Assembly (NCBI GenBank): GCA_021613535.1 | Contig: CP075497.1 | Coordinates: forward strand, 9,300,001 to 9,364,000 | Source of the DNA: Adineta vaga | Lineage: Eukaryota; Animalia; Rotifera | Direction: 5' to 3' | Length of the DNA: 64,000 nt | Part shown: one piece after another, positions 18,407 to 33,000 of the stretch | Layout of the letters: each line of letters starts with the position of its first letter | Numbering within the stretch: the first letter of the stretch is position 1 | Notes under the pieces: generated by a model | Seen by the model: only the letters and a program-made list of their open reading frames with translations | Told to the model about the DNA's origin: nothing | The model's database searches: none | Position numbers and translations under genes: made by a program

Positions 18407-20434
18407 ATGGTTTTTAGTGAGTATCAATTAATTTACATCTATTTTATCGAATACGTGCATTTTTATCAGTTACGGAGAGTTTGATACGAAAACGTGCTGA
18501 ACATAATGAAGGAGAATTATCAACACTTGAAGAAGTATCACTTCATCAGCAAGATATTGAAAAGTAAAAGATTGCTCTTTTTTCTCTATATAACAATCGT
18601 CGATTTAATTATCTATAGAATCGAATATTTGGATAAATGGTGTCGAGAATTACGTATACTCTATTTACAAAGTAATCTTATTCCAAAAATTGGTAAGTTT
18701 CTCAAACGAAGTTTATATCATATTACGTATTGTTGCTTCGGCATAGAAAATGTTGGTCGATTAAAGAAATTGGAATATCTTAATTTAGCTTTGAATAATA
18801 TTGAATACATCGAAAATCTCTCAGGTAAATATTATATATATGGCGAGAGAGCCTTCAATCAAGTAGAATATATTTAGGATGTGAATCACTAAACAAACTT
18901 GATTTAACATTGAACTTTATTGGAATATTATCTTGTGTCGAAAATCTTCGTGATAATATTCATTTAGCAGATCTGTAAGTAACTTTGTGGTATCTTATTA
19001 GTGAGCTAAAATAATATCTAGATATTTAACTGGTAATCCATGTGCTGATCATGAAGGATATCGTGATTATGTAGTTGCTACATTACCTCAGTTACAAGTT
19101 AGTTTTGTTTTTCTTAGTTTTTGTCAAATCTTTTATTTGAGTTCAATGATGATTTTCAGAAATTGGATGGAAATGAAATAACAAAGACTGAACGAATTTT
19201 AGCATTACAAGTAAGTTTATCACGAGTCATAGTAACAGAAAATCTTGAGATTGGTTTTTGAATAATAAACTATTTATTTAGAAATATGATAAGATTTCCA
19301 AACGAGTCGAAGAGTTCGATCAGCAATATGTTGAAAAACGAGTAAGTCAATTTTAAATCTTTAGATTCTAATTTTATTTGCTTGTAGAAAAATCAAGTTA
19401 ATGAATATGCACGTACAAAACCTGAGCGAGATGCTGATGAAAAGTATTCAATCATTGATCTAGAAACAAACATTCTAAATTCCAATTTATTTATATTTAT
19501 AGTTATTGGGAACGACAAACAGAATATACACCTGAATCACGTATTGAAACACATGAAACAATGAAAAAGAAACGTGAACATGAATCAAAAGAGTATATCT
19601 CTAAAGGAAATGTTGATTGGTTTCATTTGTCTGTTCTTCTTTTGTAGAACCAAAGCTGAACCAAAACCCGTTCGCCAATACATCGGTGATGATGGTCGTC
19701 CACTCAATTGCAACGAACCAAAGTACAACTGTTTGTTTTCATTCTGCTTAATTAAAAAAAAATTCTTTCTAGAGTTGATTTCAAGATGTATGAAAGCGAT
19801 GATGATCGACATATTATCCTAGATGTTGCTGTTTTTCGTCATATGGATACATCACTTGTTGACGTCGACGTTCAACCAACGTATGTTCGAATTACGATTA
19901 AAGAAAAAGTAACACTTTTTAATATAGTAACCCTCTTTGTGTCAACATTTTTCCATTTACTTTTTGGTAGATTTTACAACTAGTCTTATCGGAAGAAGTA
20001 AATACGACACGTTCTACTGCGGAAAGATCTAAAACAACTGGACATTTAGTTATTAAAATGCCGAAAGTAACAAATTATTGATTTATTCAAAAGTATTGTT
20101 CTTCATTATTCTTTCTTTAGGTCAATCTAAAAGAAGTACAGACGTCAAATGAAACGAAATCTCGCGTAGAAAAGAAAATTCAAGAGAAGAAAACGTATAT
20201 AAACATTTTCTCTTTGTACTCATTTGATTGTTTTCTCTTGTTTCACTATATTTCAGTTCTACACCATCGACTTATCTCGAACTTGGTCGAGATCCTGCAA
20301 CAAGTGTTGATTATACTCAAATTGTCAGTGAAAATAAGAAAAATGCTCAGTTAAAAACGAAAACAATTCCACAAAAAGAACGAGAAAATTCTATAGAGTT
20401 CGTTGATGATCCTGATGTACCTCCTTTAATTTGA
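18407..20434 (+). CDS. DNAAF11: Dynein axonemal assembly factor 11 (LRRC6/tilB)
   Basis: [80 protein letters not shown]-terminal [11 protein letters not shown]. Confidence 0.96.
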
Positions 20435-20969
20435 TTCATTCGTAAGTTTGTTAATGATTTTTGTTGATCAAATCACAAATTGTTATTTAATAAATATTTC
20501 GATTAAACAAACAAGTTTTTCAAGACTTTCTACAAGAAAAAAAACTGTTCGTTAATGCTTCTGTTTACTCGTTTATCAAGTAAAGGAATCCTTGAGTGCA
20601 AATGTACTCTTCCAAGAACACAATAACCTTGACACCTCTCTCGTACATAGTACTAAGATATTCATCCAAAATATTCTTCAAATATCAAATAGCCGATACC
20701 TATTTCTGGTTTATATACTGATCTTTAACTTTATATTTGTGACAGAAACAACTATTTGTTTCATCAAATAAACAAAATATACATAATCACACATACAATG
20801 GTAAAACAAAGTCAAAAAGAAAACAATTTTTCTAGTCTATATAACATATGTAAACAACCATCGTATGTTTTGTTTGACTAGTTAACAACATAGCGAGGAT
20901 AAAGTTCCTAGATTGGCATCGATAAAATTTACAAAATGAAAAAATATTTTTCTTTTCATTTTTGTACTG

Positions 20970-22426
20970 TCACGATGATAGTAATGTTTTTGTATGGCGT
21001 TTTTGATGTTTAGCTAAATGATCACTTCTCATAAACGCTTTTCCACATACGGTACAAACATGTTTTTTTTCTCCCGTATGTGTGCGTCGATGTCGACTTA
21101 ATTCATCCGATCGAGCAAATGTTTTGTCGCAATTCAGCCACGAACATGAAAACGGTTTCTCACCTAGATAAAGAAAAAAAAGAGAAAATAGATATACGAA
21201 ATAGAACCAACAAATGCTATTTTTAGTTATATACGTCGTTCTTTTTATTTCTTCACTGCCAACTCTCGTATTCTGAGTACGTTTATATTCTTTTTCTCTC
21301 AAAGAAACAAAAAGATAGAATAAAAATGATAGGTACAGCTATCTTCATTCTTTTGACATGATTCATAGACATTAAATAAGAAAGCTTTATTCTGCCTTTT
21401 AAGCTGCTAGAGGGTTGTTTTTTTAGAAGAGATTATTTTCCTTGGATATATATGATAAATCAAGAACAAGAAACAGCTGTCGTTATGTTAAAATAATGAT
21501 TATATGACGTGAAAAGTTAACTTACCAGTATGAAGACGAATATGAGCCTTGAGATGAGATGATTTGAAATATGATTTACAACAACCACTATAAAAACATG
21601 TGTAATTTTTCTTTCGATCACATGTTGATGAATTTTTATCTGCTATTGTTGTTGTTAGTGGTAGTGGTGGTGATGATGATGCTATTAGTTTAGATGAAGG
21701 CGAATCAAATGATGTCGATGGAGTTTGAACAACGAAAGATGTTTTAGCTAGAGGAACATATTCACCATTGAGATTTACATAAAGAATATGATATGCAGAA
21801 TTTGAATTTTTATCTAACGATGTTGGACTTGATCTTGCAGTTATAGTTGAAGAATGTGTAGATGATTGACTATCATCATTCGATAATGAAAATGGTGATG
21901 TACATATTGTTGATGAGATATCCGAGAATGATTCATCTGACGAAGAAGATAACGAACTTGATCGTGGCATAGGTTCTAAATTATTTGTTAATGTTAGATT
22001 ATTGAATGATGAAAGAGAACTTGTTGTTGGTTCATAAGAATACTAGAATTAAAAGAGAAAGAAGAATTTTCTTTAAGAATTCATAAAAGATTGCTTTTTT
22101 TTAATTACAGGTCGAAATTTTGGATGAAGTTTTTTGGGTTTTTGTACACTTGAACTGAGTGATAATAATAATTCAGCATCTTGAACAGTTACTATAGGCG
22201 CCTAATAAATCGTATAAATTTATATTATCAAAAGTTTAAATCTAAATTAAATTCAAATACTTACGGTGCCTATTTGTGATGTATTCATTTCGTTATTATA
22301 TGTTCTATTAGAATTATTTTGTAAAGACTGTAGTACTGATGTAATTTCAGGTAGTAAGACCTTCTCAACTTGTTTTGTATTTGTTTTAAAACTAAGTGAC
22401 GAAATGGATGATGAAAGTTGAATCAT
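20970..22426 (-). CDS. Krueppel-like factor of the KLF10/11 (TIEG/cabut) type
   Basis: Three C2H2 fingers ([30 protein letters not shown]) with TGEKK/TGEKP linkers; N-terminal DAELLLSLS resembling the Sin3-interaction helix. Confidence 0.9.
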
Positions 22427-22572
22427 AAATATATATAGATAAATATATCGGCTGCAGCTAACTATTGTCTCTGTCTGAACTGTGCAAATAAGCATAGAAG
22501 AGAGAAAGAAACTCAAGTATTTCATGCATTCACCGCGTGATCATACACAGCATCAGTCGACAATCACGCACC

Positions 22573-22666
22573 GTGGGCGTAAATAGAAAGGAAAGAAACA
22601 TGCGTTGGACCATGCCCCACCCTTCGACAGAACAGAACAGAACACACCCCCATTGATAGAGGTGTG
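22573..22666. promoter_or_regulatory. Cluster of GC/CACCC boxes upstream of the KLF gene
   Basis: GTGGGCGT 22573, GCCCCACCC 22614, CACACCCC 22643 and GGTGTG 22661 in otherwise AT-rich DNA. Confidence 0.45.
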
Positions 22667-23792
22667 TATGAAAGAGAAGGAGGCAAAGCATACACTCAAC
22701 TTATGATCAATACAGATTCGTAGTTGAGAAGAATAGAACACGACGAAGTAGAAAAAAAGATGATGACATAGCAAGTAGTGGCATAAAACGTTGAATCATC
22801 ATATTGTACCTATGAAGTGGGAAGAAAAGCATTAGAAAAAGGGAGATTGCTCTTTAATATCGAATTTTATCATGATACTAATGGACTTTAGAATCGTAGT
22901 ATATTATAATGTGTTATCATGTATGGATACATGTATGCAAAGTTACAAAGTACAATTGATACGCTATAAGAAAATTTGATAATCAAAGAAATTGTCTAAA
23001 AAAAGTAACTTCATCGTACATATTGAGATGTAAGAATGATGATTACAATATTAAAAACATCTTTGGAAAAGAAAACGATAAGATATCGTGACAACTAATC
23101 AAACGGTTTTACTTTAGTTGAAAAAACAGATCTTTTATTATTATGCGTAGAACACGTTTTCAACGAATGTTAAATTGTATCACCATAGAACATAACTCTT
23201 GCAATCATTCTATTAATAGATCTTGAAAATTTCTATCAAATCAGCTATCGAATGACTATTTTTTGTTGGACTTTAGACTACTAGTAAATATGATGCTTTA
23301 AATAGCTTTTAGTCATATTAAAATACTAATACCTTTAGGTATGTCGCTTATCTCAAAACCTACGAAAATAAAACACAACAAACGAGCGACGTTATTCAAT
23401 GATGGCAAATGAAAATTGTTCAAATTTTATTAATCATATCACAATGTCAAAATTCCTTTTGTAATTTTTATAATCGCCTCACAATTATCATGTTGAATAT
23501 AAAAAAACATGATAGAAAATCTGACGACAATGTTGGCATAGTTTTGCTGATTCATTGCAGTGGTTTTCACAGCTAAAAATAGAACTAAAACATACACAAC
23601 ATCATATGCCAGACATTTTCTTTCTTTCATCATATATATTTATTTATATAAGGACGATATTCGATACCATACACTGATGACATCTCAAAATAAAACTTTC
23701 GCGCATTTCTATCCCCAATCAAGATATGTTATTACTAGCTAAATAGATAAGGATATCTATTGATTCAAGATATTCTTATTAAATCAAACAAA

Positions 23793-25776
23793 ATGAATGA
23801 AAAAGATCATTTAATAAATTCAACATGTTTAGAAGATTTAAGTACAGAATTATTAATGTCTATATTTGATTATTTAACATCAATTGAAGTCTTAGTATCA
23901 TTTTTTAATTTAAATAAACGTTTTTGTTTAATTATTTATTATTATCTTCAAACAGGTTATCGTTTAACTCAATTGAAATTTCATCAAACAAATTATTTAA
24001 CATATAAACTTTTTCTAAAAGAAATTCTACCAAAATTTAAATCAACAATAACATCATTACAAATAGGTAGCGATTATCATCATGGACAAATTGATTATTT
24101 CAATCAATATCAACTGTTACGTCTCGATTCTATAACTATGCATATAATTGATCCGAAGAATATTATTGATATTCTTCAAAAATTTCTCAATTATAATCGT
24201 TTTCAATGGTTCGACAAAATTCATTTGATTATCGATGAAGAAACAAGAGGATGGGATGAACAAATGCATTTTTGTGTACAAAATATACCTGTTCGAGAAT
24301 TGAAAATAACAGGTAAACTTATGATCATTACAAAGAATTCAATGATAAGATAATCGGATATTTAGGTAAAATTCCATATGTTTTCGCTCAACATTTAATG
24401 AGTGGTTGTTATTCAATTACTCATTTAACTATTCATTTGAAATTTGATCATGGTAAATATATCCTTCAAGAATAATTTCTGATCTAATTTTTATTCTTCA
24501 TAGATCTTCTTCCACTTCTTTACTATTTACCAAATTTAATCGCATGTAATGCTCAAGTCGATGATCGTGATCGTGATATATCCAATAATTTATCTTTGCT
24601 CGAACCACTTTCACGTTTAAAACAGTTTAAATATGAAGGATTGATGCCATCAATTCACTTACGACGTTTAATTTTACAAATCAATCAACATATCGAACAC
24701 ATATCTATCTATACTCAAGATTATCAATGGCCATTTCATTCATCGGAAACATTTTCTTCCCATTTTTTTTCTCATCTTTATGATTTACAAGCATTTCATT
24801 TCTATATTCGTTTGATTCCATCGAATAATTTCAATAATACTACAACTTATTTGAATGAAATGAAATTTTTATTGAATAAAAATTTATGCCAAAATATTGC
24901 ATGTGTACTATCAAAAGATATTGGACAAATCTTTTCGTTACCATTTGTGTTCAATCATTTCGAAATATTTGAAAAGAATTTCTTTCATCAAATTCGATAT
25001 CTACAATGTGAAGAACAAGATAAACAAATTCATTATTGGAATAATATTCATCATCTAACATTACATGTTAATATTTATAATTCAATATTATTAAAATCAA
25101 TTAAACAAACATTTCTCAACTTACTTTCAATTGATTATCAAGTTCCACATTTTAGTCTCATACCACAAGATAATGAATTGGATCAATACGATTTTCGATT
25201 AAGTAAATTTCATAAACATCTTAAAACATACGAATTATATTTCTTGTAGATTCAATAAAGAAATTAATTATTCGTGATAGTGTTAAACATGGATGTCATG
25301 TTCCTCAACCACTTTTTCTTCTGACTTTAAATCTTCGTGAACTTGATATAGATCATTTCTATTTAATGCAAATTCTTTCGATACTTAGTCAACAAATTCA
25401 ATCTCGTATTTTATCGGCATTCGCTCAACTTCATCGAGTCACTGTTCGTCAATTTGATGAACGTCTTCCTGAACATTTTTTCTCATATTTTTCTCAGATA
25501 AAAATCTTTGCATTGATTTTTACGACTTATAAAATGCAAGTCTATCGAACCAAACTTCCATTTCTCGATGATCTTCTTCGTTCAATGCCAAAATTAATTA
25601 GTCTAAAATTAGAACATATAAAAAAACCTCATGAATACTATGCAGGTATTGAATTACAAGAAAATGTTCAAGAAACAATTGCAAAGTATTATACCAAAGG
25701 TACTTATTGGTGCAAATGGTATGATGACCAACGACAAAAACATCATAAATATGCAACATTTCTTTTTTCAACATGA
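23793..25776 (+). CDS. F-box domain protein with degenerate LRR-like body (lineage-expanded family), about 4 exons
   Basis: N-terminal CLEDLSTELLMSIFDYLTSIEVLVSFFNLNKRF F-box; later LxxLxL-like segments and IFSLPFVF. Confidence 0.75.
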
Positions 25777-25970
25777 CCTTTCATTTAAATATAATCTTCT
25801 TTTGTTTTTCTTAGGAGTTTTATTTTTGTTTCATCGTGATATTGAAATATCTTTATGTGATAATTCGTATTCGTTTTTCTTTATTATGTGTTTTGTTTAC
25901 AGTGAAAAGAATTGAACTAATCTCTTTATTTAGTAAAAACATTTTGTGATGAAATTTTCAATTCTTCTAG

Positions 25971-26501
25971 ATGAATGCATCCGTATCAACAGCAGTAACA
26001 CAATCAAACGAGCAATTGGATACAAGATTCTTCTCACAACGAGCAAAACATATTTCTTTATTGAATGAACAAATGAAACCAGTACCTATTAAACCATCAC
26101 CATCACCATCGCCATTATCATCGTCGGAAGTACGTTTTCAATTTTCTAATCGAACATATGTACCAATAACCGAAACTCCATCGCCTTCGATGGGTAAAGG
26201 TCATGGCAATTCATTATTGAATGAATCTCGTCAAAATGTGAGTGTTGGTCGAGGTCGAACAACCGTACCTTTATCATCATTTGTATTGCAAAAAGATAAT
26301 CTATCATCAACAACAACAGCAGCAACAGTTAACACTATTTCATCACCAATATTTGTCATGCATGATGAAGTTCAATTTGTTCGACCATATTTTGGACCAC
26401 GTGATAATCATAATACACAACCATCAACAATAACTTCACAAAAGCGTGCAGTTCTTCTTTCAGCATTGAAAGAAATTGAATCCGGCTTAAAAACATTATA
26501 A
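25971..26501 (+). CDS. Hypothetical 176-aa Ser/Pro/Thr-rich protein
   Basis: Clean ORF with coding-like codon usage; splice acceptor (ttcttctag) abuts the ATG; no recognised domain. Confidence 0.65.
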   Translation: MNASVSTAVTQSNEQLDTRFFSQRAKHISLLNEQMKPVPIKPSPSPSPLSSSEVRFQFSNRTYVPITETPSPSMGKGHGNSLLNESRQNVSVGRGRTTVPLSSFVLQKDNLSSTTTAATVNTISSPIFVMHDEVQFVRPYFGPRDNHNTQPSTITSQKRAVLLSALKEIESGLKTL

Positions 26502-26588
26502 ATATAAATTACTCAATTGTTCTATAAGATGTCAGATAGATAGAAGTAAAAAATTAGGCATCTATGTTGTTTTGTTTTTTGTTGGATG

Positions 26589-26610
26589 TTGTGTGTGTGT
26601 GTGTGTGTGT
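26589..26610. repeat. (GT)n microsatellite
   Basis: gtgtgtgtgtgtgtgtgtgt run. Confidence 0.9.
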
Positions 26611-27015
26611 AGTCGAAAGACATTTTGTTCATGTACAAATTGTTTTGTTCAGTCGTGTTATATATTCTTTTTGTTTTTGTTTTGTTTAGTACCGTCAAAC
26701 AAGTTTTTGAATAAAAAGATATCATACTTGAAAATTGATTTCTTCAAACACAGCAAGTAGAAGATTGTGACTTTTTTCACAAACGTAACAACGATAAAAC
26801 TAAGTTCACGTACTCTAGTGTCTCACTCCATCTGTTGACAAATCGATCAAAATTGACAACCAATCTGCAGTCAGTTGACTCATTCGTACGATGGTACGAG
26901 TGATGTGGCTGAGAGCGCAAAACATGGATAATGATGACTTTTGACGAAGAGTTTTCAAAAGTTTTCTTCGATAATATTGTCAAATTGAATTCATATTTAT
27001 TTTAGAGCGTTCATC

Positions 27016-30000
27016 ATGGCTAGCACATCGAGTGATAGCCATAGTATTCTACAAAAACTAATCAATAACTTATCTGGTGATCTTCGTCAATTATCAACTG
27101 AAACGAAGAAAAAATATCCACCAATAAAAGAAGTATAACTTGAATTATTATTGCATTTAATTAATAATAACATGAATTTTAGGCAGCAGAAGCATGTAAT
27201 ATGAAATTACGAGAATATAGTACAATGAAAGATAATTTGAGTACAGGTATTATTATAGAAATTCAAGATATATTTAAAATTTTCTCAAATTCATATTCTA
27301 GTAATGCGTGATGCAAGTGTTGATTTATTACAACCCTTTGTCTTGGGATGTGATACTAAACAAGTTAAAATTGTTCAATTATGTTTAACTTCAATACAAA
27401 AATTACTTCAACATCATATCGTTAATCAAGTAAATATCAAATTTAATCTCGTTTTATTTTGTTATATAACTCTAAATTTTAGGCATCAGCAGCAACAATC
27501 GTTAATGTTCTCAGTACTCTATGTGAATTACAAACTGAAGAGTTGAAAATTTTACAAACAGTTCTATTACTTGTGAATACAACGTCTGTCGTTGTTCATA
27601 GCACATTAGCTACAGTAAAACGAAAACTTATTTAATATGACCTCATTATCGATTTCTTTCATTTAAATAGTTGTTTGTCATAACATTTCGATTATGCTTT
27701 AGTAAAGATCCAACTATTGTAAATACTTCTACAGCTACTGTTCGACAACTTGTTACAGCTGTTTATGATCGTGTTATAGAAGAAGATGCTCAACATACAT
27801 CATCGGGCGGTAAGAAATTGGATTTTAAAAAGCTACCATCTTTTCTAATCGTTGTTCATCTGCGATGGCGAATCAATGCATTGTTAATAACTTCTTTGCT
27901 CTATTTATTTAGATCAACTTAATCAAGAATCAGATCTTGCAAAACAACAACAACAACAACAACAACAGTTATCACACAGTGTTGATACATTACGTCCTTA
28001 TGCTCGAGATGCATATCTTCTATTCCAAGATCTTTGTTATTTAATCAATGGAGATCAACCGATATGGTTAATTGGTTTAACAGAAATAACTCGTACATTA
28101 ATTCTTGAATTAATTGAAACGATTTTAACACATTACGCACCTGTCTTTCATTGTCATAGTGAATTTCGTTATTTATTAAAAGAACGTGTTTCACCATTGA
28201 TCATTAAATTATTTTCTCCTGGTGCCAAACATTCGAACCCTAATTCCAATATATCAAGTGGATCAAATTCCAATTCAACTTATGATAGCGCATATTTTCC
28301 ATTAATAGCACGTCTTTTACGTGTTGTTTGTATATTAATTCGATATTATTTCACATTATTAATAACTGAATGTGAAATATTTTTGTCTTTATTGATTAAA
28401 TTATTAGAACCCGATAAACCAGTTTGGCAAAGATCATTAGCTATTGAATGTATCCATAAAATTATTATTCATCAGAATTTAATAAAACTATTTTGTTTAT
28501 CTTATGATATGCAACCACATGCCAGTAAAATTTTAAGAGATTTAACAAATGCAATTAGGTTTGAGAAATTACTTTTCTATTATCAATCTATCAATTTCAT
28601 TTTTGTTTCTTTCTTTCTGATTCTAGTTCATATGTGCAGTCATATTTTAATAGTGTACCGATTTCATCGAATTCATCAACAACTAGTGGACAAACAAATT
28701 CAAATAATGCTGCTAATTCAGATAAAAAATGTATCGTATTCTTCGACACCAAAACATTTTTATTCATTATCAAATACTTCTTTTTGTTTTGTTTTAGCTT
28801 CTGGGACTAGCACTGCATCAAAATTAGATAACACCAATGCATCAAATAATTCAAATGGTACAGCAGGTTCATCGAATACGGTTCTTTTTGCTTATAGAAA
28901 TGTTGTTGTTCCACAATATGTTACTTACACTCAAGGTCAAGCAAAAGCTGTCTATGTAGAAAATTGGGAAAAATTCGATTGTCCACTCATTCCAGATTCC
29001 TATGGAATTGTTGTTGCTTATGCTTGTATGCTTGAACTTGTTCGAGCTGTTCAATCAATTATTGAAGGTACAGGTATGCGTGGTGATACTATTTCTGGTA
29101 CACAATTACGTACATCAGGACAATTACGACCATTAGAAAGTTTAGCAGAGAGTGAACGACATGAATGTATTGAAGTTGTTAATTGTACATGGTCAAGTGT
29201 TTTAGTAACATTTACACTTTTATATGATGTATGTTATGATGATACAACATGTGAATTACTTTTACGAGGATTTCAAACTTATATTTCTCTATGTGGTATG
29301 CTTGGAATGAATGTTCAACGTGATGCATTTGTTACTTGTTTATGTAAAATGGCTTTACCACCACAATACAATATTCATTTATTAAGTAAACAACAAAATA
29401 ATGAACAGCAACAACAACAACAAAGTTTATTACAAAAATTAACATCAAGATCCAGTTCAGATTCATCAGGGGGTGGTGATTTAGAACGACAACAAGTAGT
29501 TATCATTGGAACACCTCTACCATTTTTAAATTCAACACCAGCGACAAATCAAACTGCTGTGATGGTATGTATACTAAAGTTTAAAAATATTCAATTTAAT
29601 TTTCATGACGTTTTAGTTAACATCCAAAAATATTCATTGTATGCGAACATTACTCTCAATTGCACATTGTTATGGCAGTATACTTGGTACTTCTTGGCAT
29701 TTAATCTTAACAACTCTTCAACATCTCGTTTGGATTATTGGATTTAAACCATCTACTGGTGGTACATTGAAACATATCGGAACAATTGCTAATACTGATG
29801 CGACACCAATGGCAAATTCATCAGCTGTAGTAACAACAGCCGCAATGGCAGATTTACCTATATTATCATCGATGCTTTCACGTCTATTTGAATCAAGTGT
29901 TTATCTAGATGATGTTGCATTACATCATTTAATCGATGCATTAATACGTTTAAGTATTGAATCAATGGAAGTAGCTATTGTGGTTCGTGAACCATCTCTG

Positions 30001-33000
30001 TTCGCAATTGCAAAAATACTTGAAACTGGCCGAGCAAATTTAAATCGTATTGGTGTTTGGTGGAAACCTATTTCCTCACACTTACTTGATGTAAGAATTA
30101 AATAGAAGGAATCTTTCATATTTGTGTATATCGTCTTGTTTTTTTTCTCTTTTCAAAAGGTTTGTCAACATACAAATCCACGTATGCGCGAATGGGGTAC
30201 AGAAGCATTGACATTACTTGTTCGTAATGCATTAGAATATAAATATGAACAGAGTCTATTCGATAATGAACGTTTATTACATATGATTATTATTTCATTA
30301 CATGAATTATCATTAATTCAACATTTCGATGTTCGTCAAAAACAACTTGAAGCAACATTATCAATTCTTACTAATAATGGACCAACATTACAAACAGGCT
30401 GGCCAATAATGTAAAAACATTTGCCATGAAAATCAACTCGTATACTTAACTTTTCTTTGTTTTTAGATTAAATATTATTGGTTCAATAACACGTGAACAT
30501 AATGATTCTTTGATACGTCAAGCTCAACAATGTTTACAATTAGTTGTAACGGATTTTTTATCAACCATTCCAATCTGTTATTTAGGTATTTTAATTAAAG
30601 TTGTTGCTAAATTTGGTTTTCAAGAACAAGATTTAAATATTGCACTCTCAGCTATTGGTCTTCTTTGGAATATGACTGATTATTTATTTCGTATGAAAGA
30701 ACAAGAACATCAATTAAAAAATGTAAATGATTATTTGGATCCGAATGAAATCTATGATAATTTAACTGCAATTGAAGAATTATGGATGATTCTATATCGA
30801 AAACTAAGTGAATTAACTATTGATCAACGTCCAGCAATACGTAAATCAGCTTCGTCGACATTATTCACAATGATAACATCACATGGACAATTATTGAGTA
30901 CAGGTGCTTGGAGTATTTTAATTTGGCAAGTTTTATTTCCTTTATTTGAACAAGTGGAACAATTTTTCTACACAGCATCGAAAGAAAGAGAACAACAACA
31001 GCAACAACAATTATCGAAATCATCTACTGGTGCACAGGATATATTAATGCATCATTCGCGAGATACACCAGAAAAACAATGGGCAGAAACATATGTTATG
31101 ATCTTAGCTGGTGTGACACGAACAGTTCAAGTGAAAAAAGATTTTCTAGCTAAATTAGGCAAGTTATTATTTCATCATCTGATTATTCAATATCTTTTCT
31201 TTCTATAGATGATTTTCCAAAGGTTTGGAATGTTCTTTTAACAAATATAGAAAAATCTGCTTTGGCAAAAAATCCCGAAATAGCTCTTGCTGCTTTGAAA
31301 AGTTTCAATGATCTTGTTAATGTTCCAGTTAATCCTTCTTCGTCTCCATCACCAAAAAAAACGTTAACTTCTAGTGATCAACATCTTTGGCAAGAAGCTT
31401 GGCAAGTTTGGTTAAACATTGGTAATGGCTGTAGTCGTTGTCCACCTGAACGTATCATAATAATTGATCGTTATGATTCAAATATTCCATCACAAAATTT
31501 CCTTACATTCTATATTGATATCTTTCCAAATCTAACTAATCATATTTGGTCAAGTGATTTTATTCATAATGAAAAACATTTCGAACAATTTGCAACAATT
31601 ATTGAACGTGTACTTGCTGTTCCAATACATTCAGATATGGCGTTATTTTTAATCCCTACAGATGTTAATTTAACTTTATTACAGGAATCTGCATATAAAG
31701 CCGTAGAATTTGTTTATAAAAATCTCAAAATTGAATTAACAAAAACATCGAATGCATCGGCACTTTTACCAATTCTATTTAAACGTTTACTTGTCTTAGT
31801 TCTTTATGCTATTAACCCACCAACATTCGATTGTACAGAACAAATTAAAAAGATTTCAACAAATAAACAACAATCGAATGGGAAAATGAATGACTCAAAT
31901 GTGAATTTTGTACCATTTAGTGAGAAAATACTTCGAATGACTGTGAGTTTCTATGAAGATGTAGCTGATAATCCAGCAGTAATTGAAAATGGAACATTAC
32001 AAACTATTGTTCAAGTATAAGTTGATTTTCATTGTTGATATTATCTATTGATTTCTTATTTTCTAGACATTACAAATTCCATTATCTATGAAATATAATT
32101 GTCCAAGTTCAACAACTTGGAAATTAGCAATTGAATGCTTTTTTCGTGTATTAAAAGTTGGACTTATTGTCGCGAGAAAACACCGTAAGAATTTGTATAA
32201 TTCAGATAAATCTAATCAATTAATGATTGATTTTTTTCTTCTTAGGAAATGCCTTCGAAAGTATGTGGACAGAATTAGCGAAAACATTCGATGATTTCCT
32301 TTTTTCGAAAAGGTATGTTTTCATTTCTTGATCAAATGATATTCTATCTCGAAGTTGTTTTTTAGTGTACCTCCATCGGATATTCCAATTGAAGAAATTC
32401 AACGAGATGAAGCCAGATTGTCAAGTATATCTCATTTTCGATGATCATATTTAAATTCTATTTTCTTTCCTGTTCTCATAGGCAATTGAATTAATTCGTG
32501 ACGATATTTTACCATATGCTAATGTTTTACCCGAACCATTTATCACAAAAATCTTAAATATACTCAATCGTGGTTCCATTTATTCATGTACTACGGATAA
32601 TTTTATTGGTACAGTATTTCTTTTTTGATCATAAAATGATTTGTTTGTCTTCTTTAGATATTGATTCTGCTCGTCGATTACGTGAAGAATTTTCAAAAAT
32701 ATGTTTCGAAACATTACTTAAATATTCGTTTATTAATGAACCATCATCGACATCAGCCACTGATAATGTCGTTATTACACGTCTTGCTTTAAGTTCAATG
32801 TTAAATCGTTGTAAAGAAATCTTACAAAAATATGCCCATGATGAACGTTTACATGGCAAATGTCCATTACCACGGTATGTTAAAATATTTTCTTATCTTC
32901 TTTAAATTCGAAGAGAAGATTATTTTTATTGGAGACGTTAAATAGTAAACATACGAATAATTGAGTCAGGCTTGTTGTTGACTTTTTTGCTGTAGTGATA

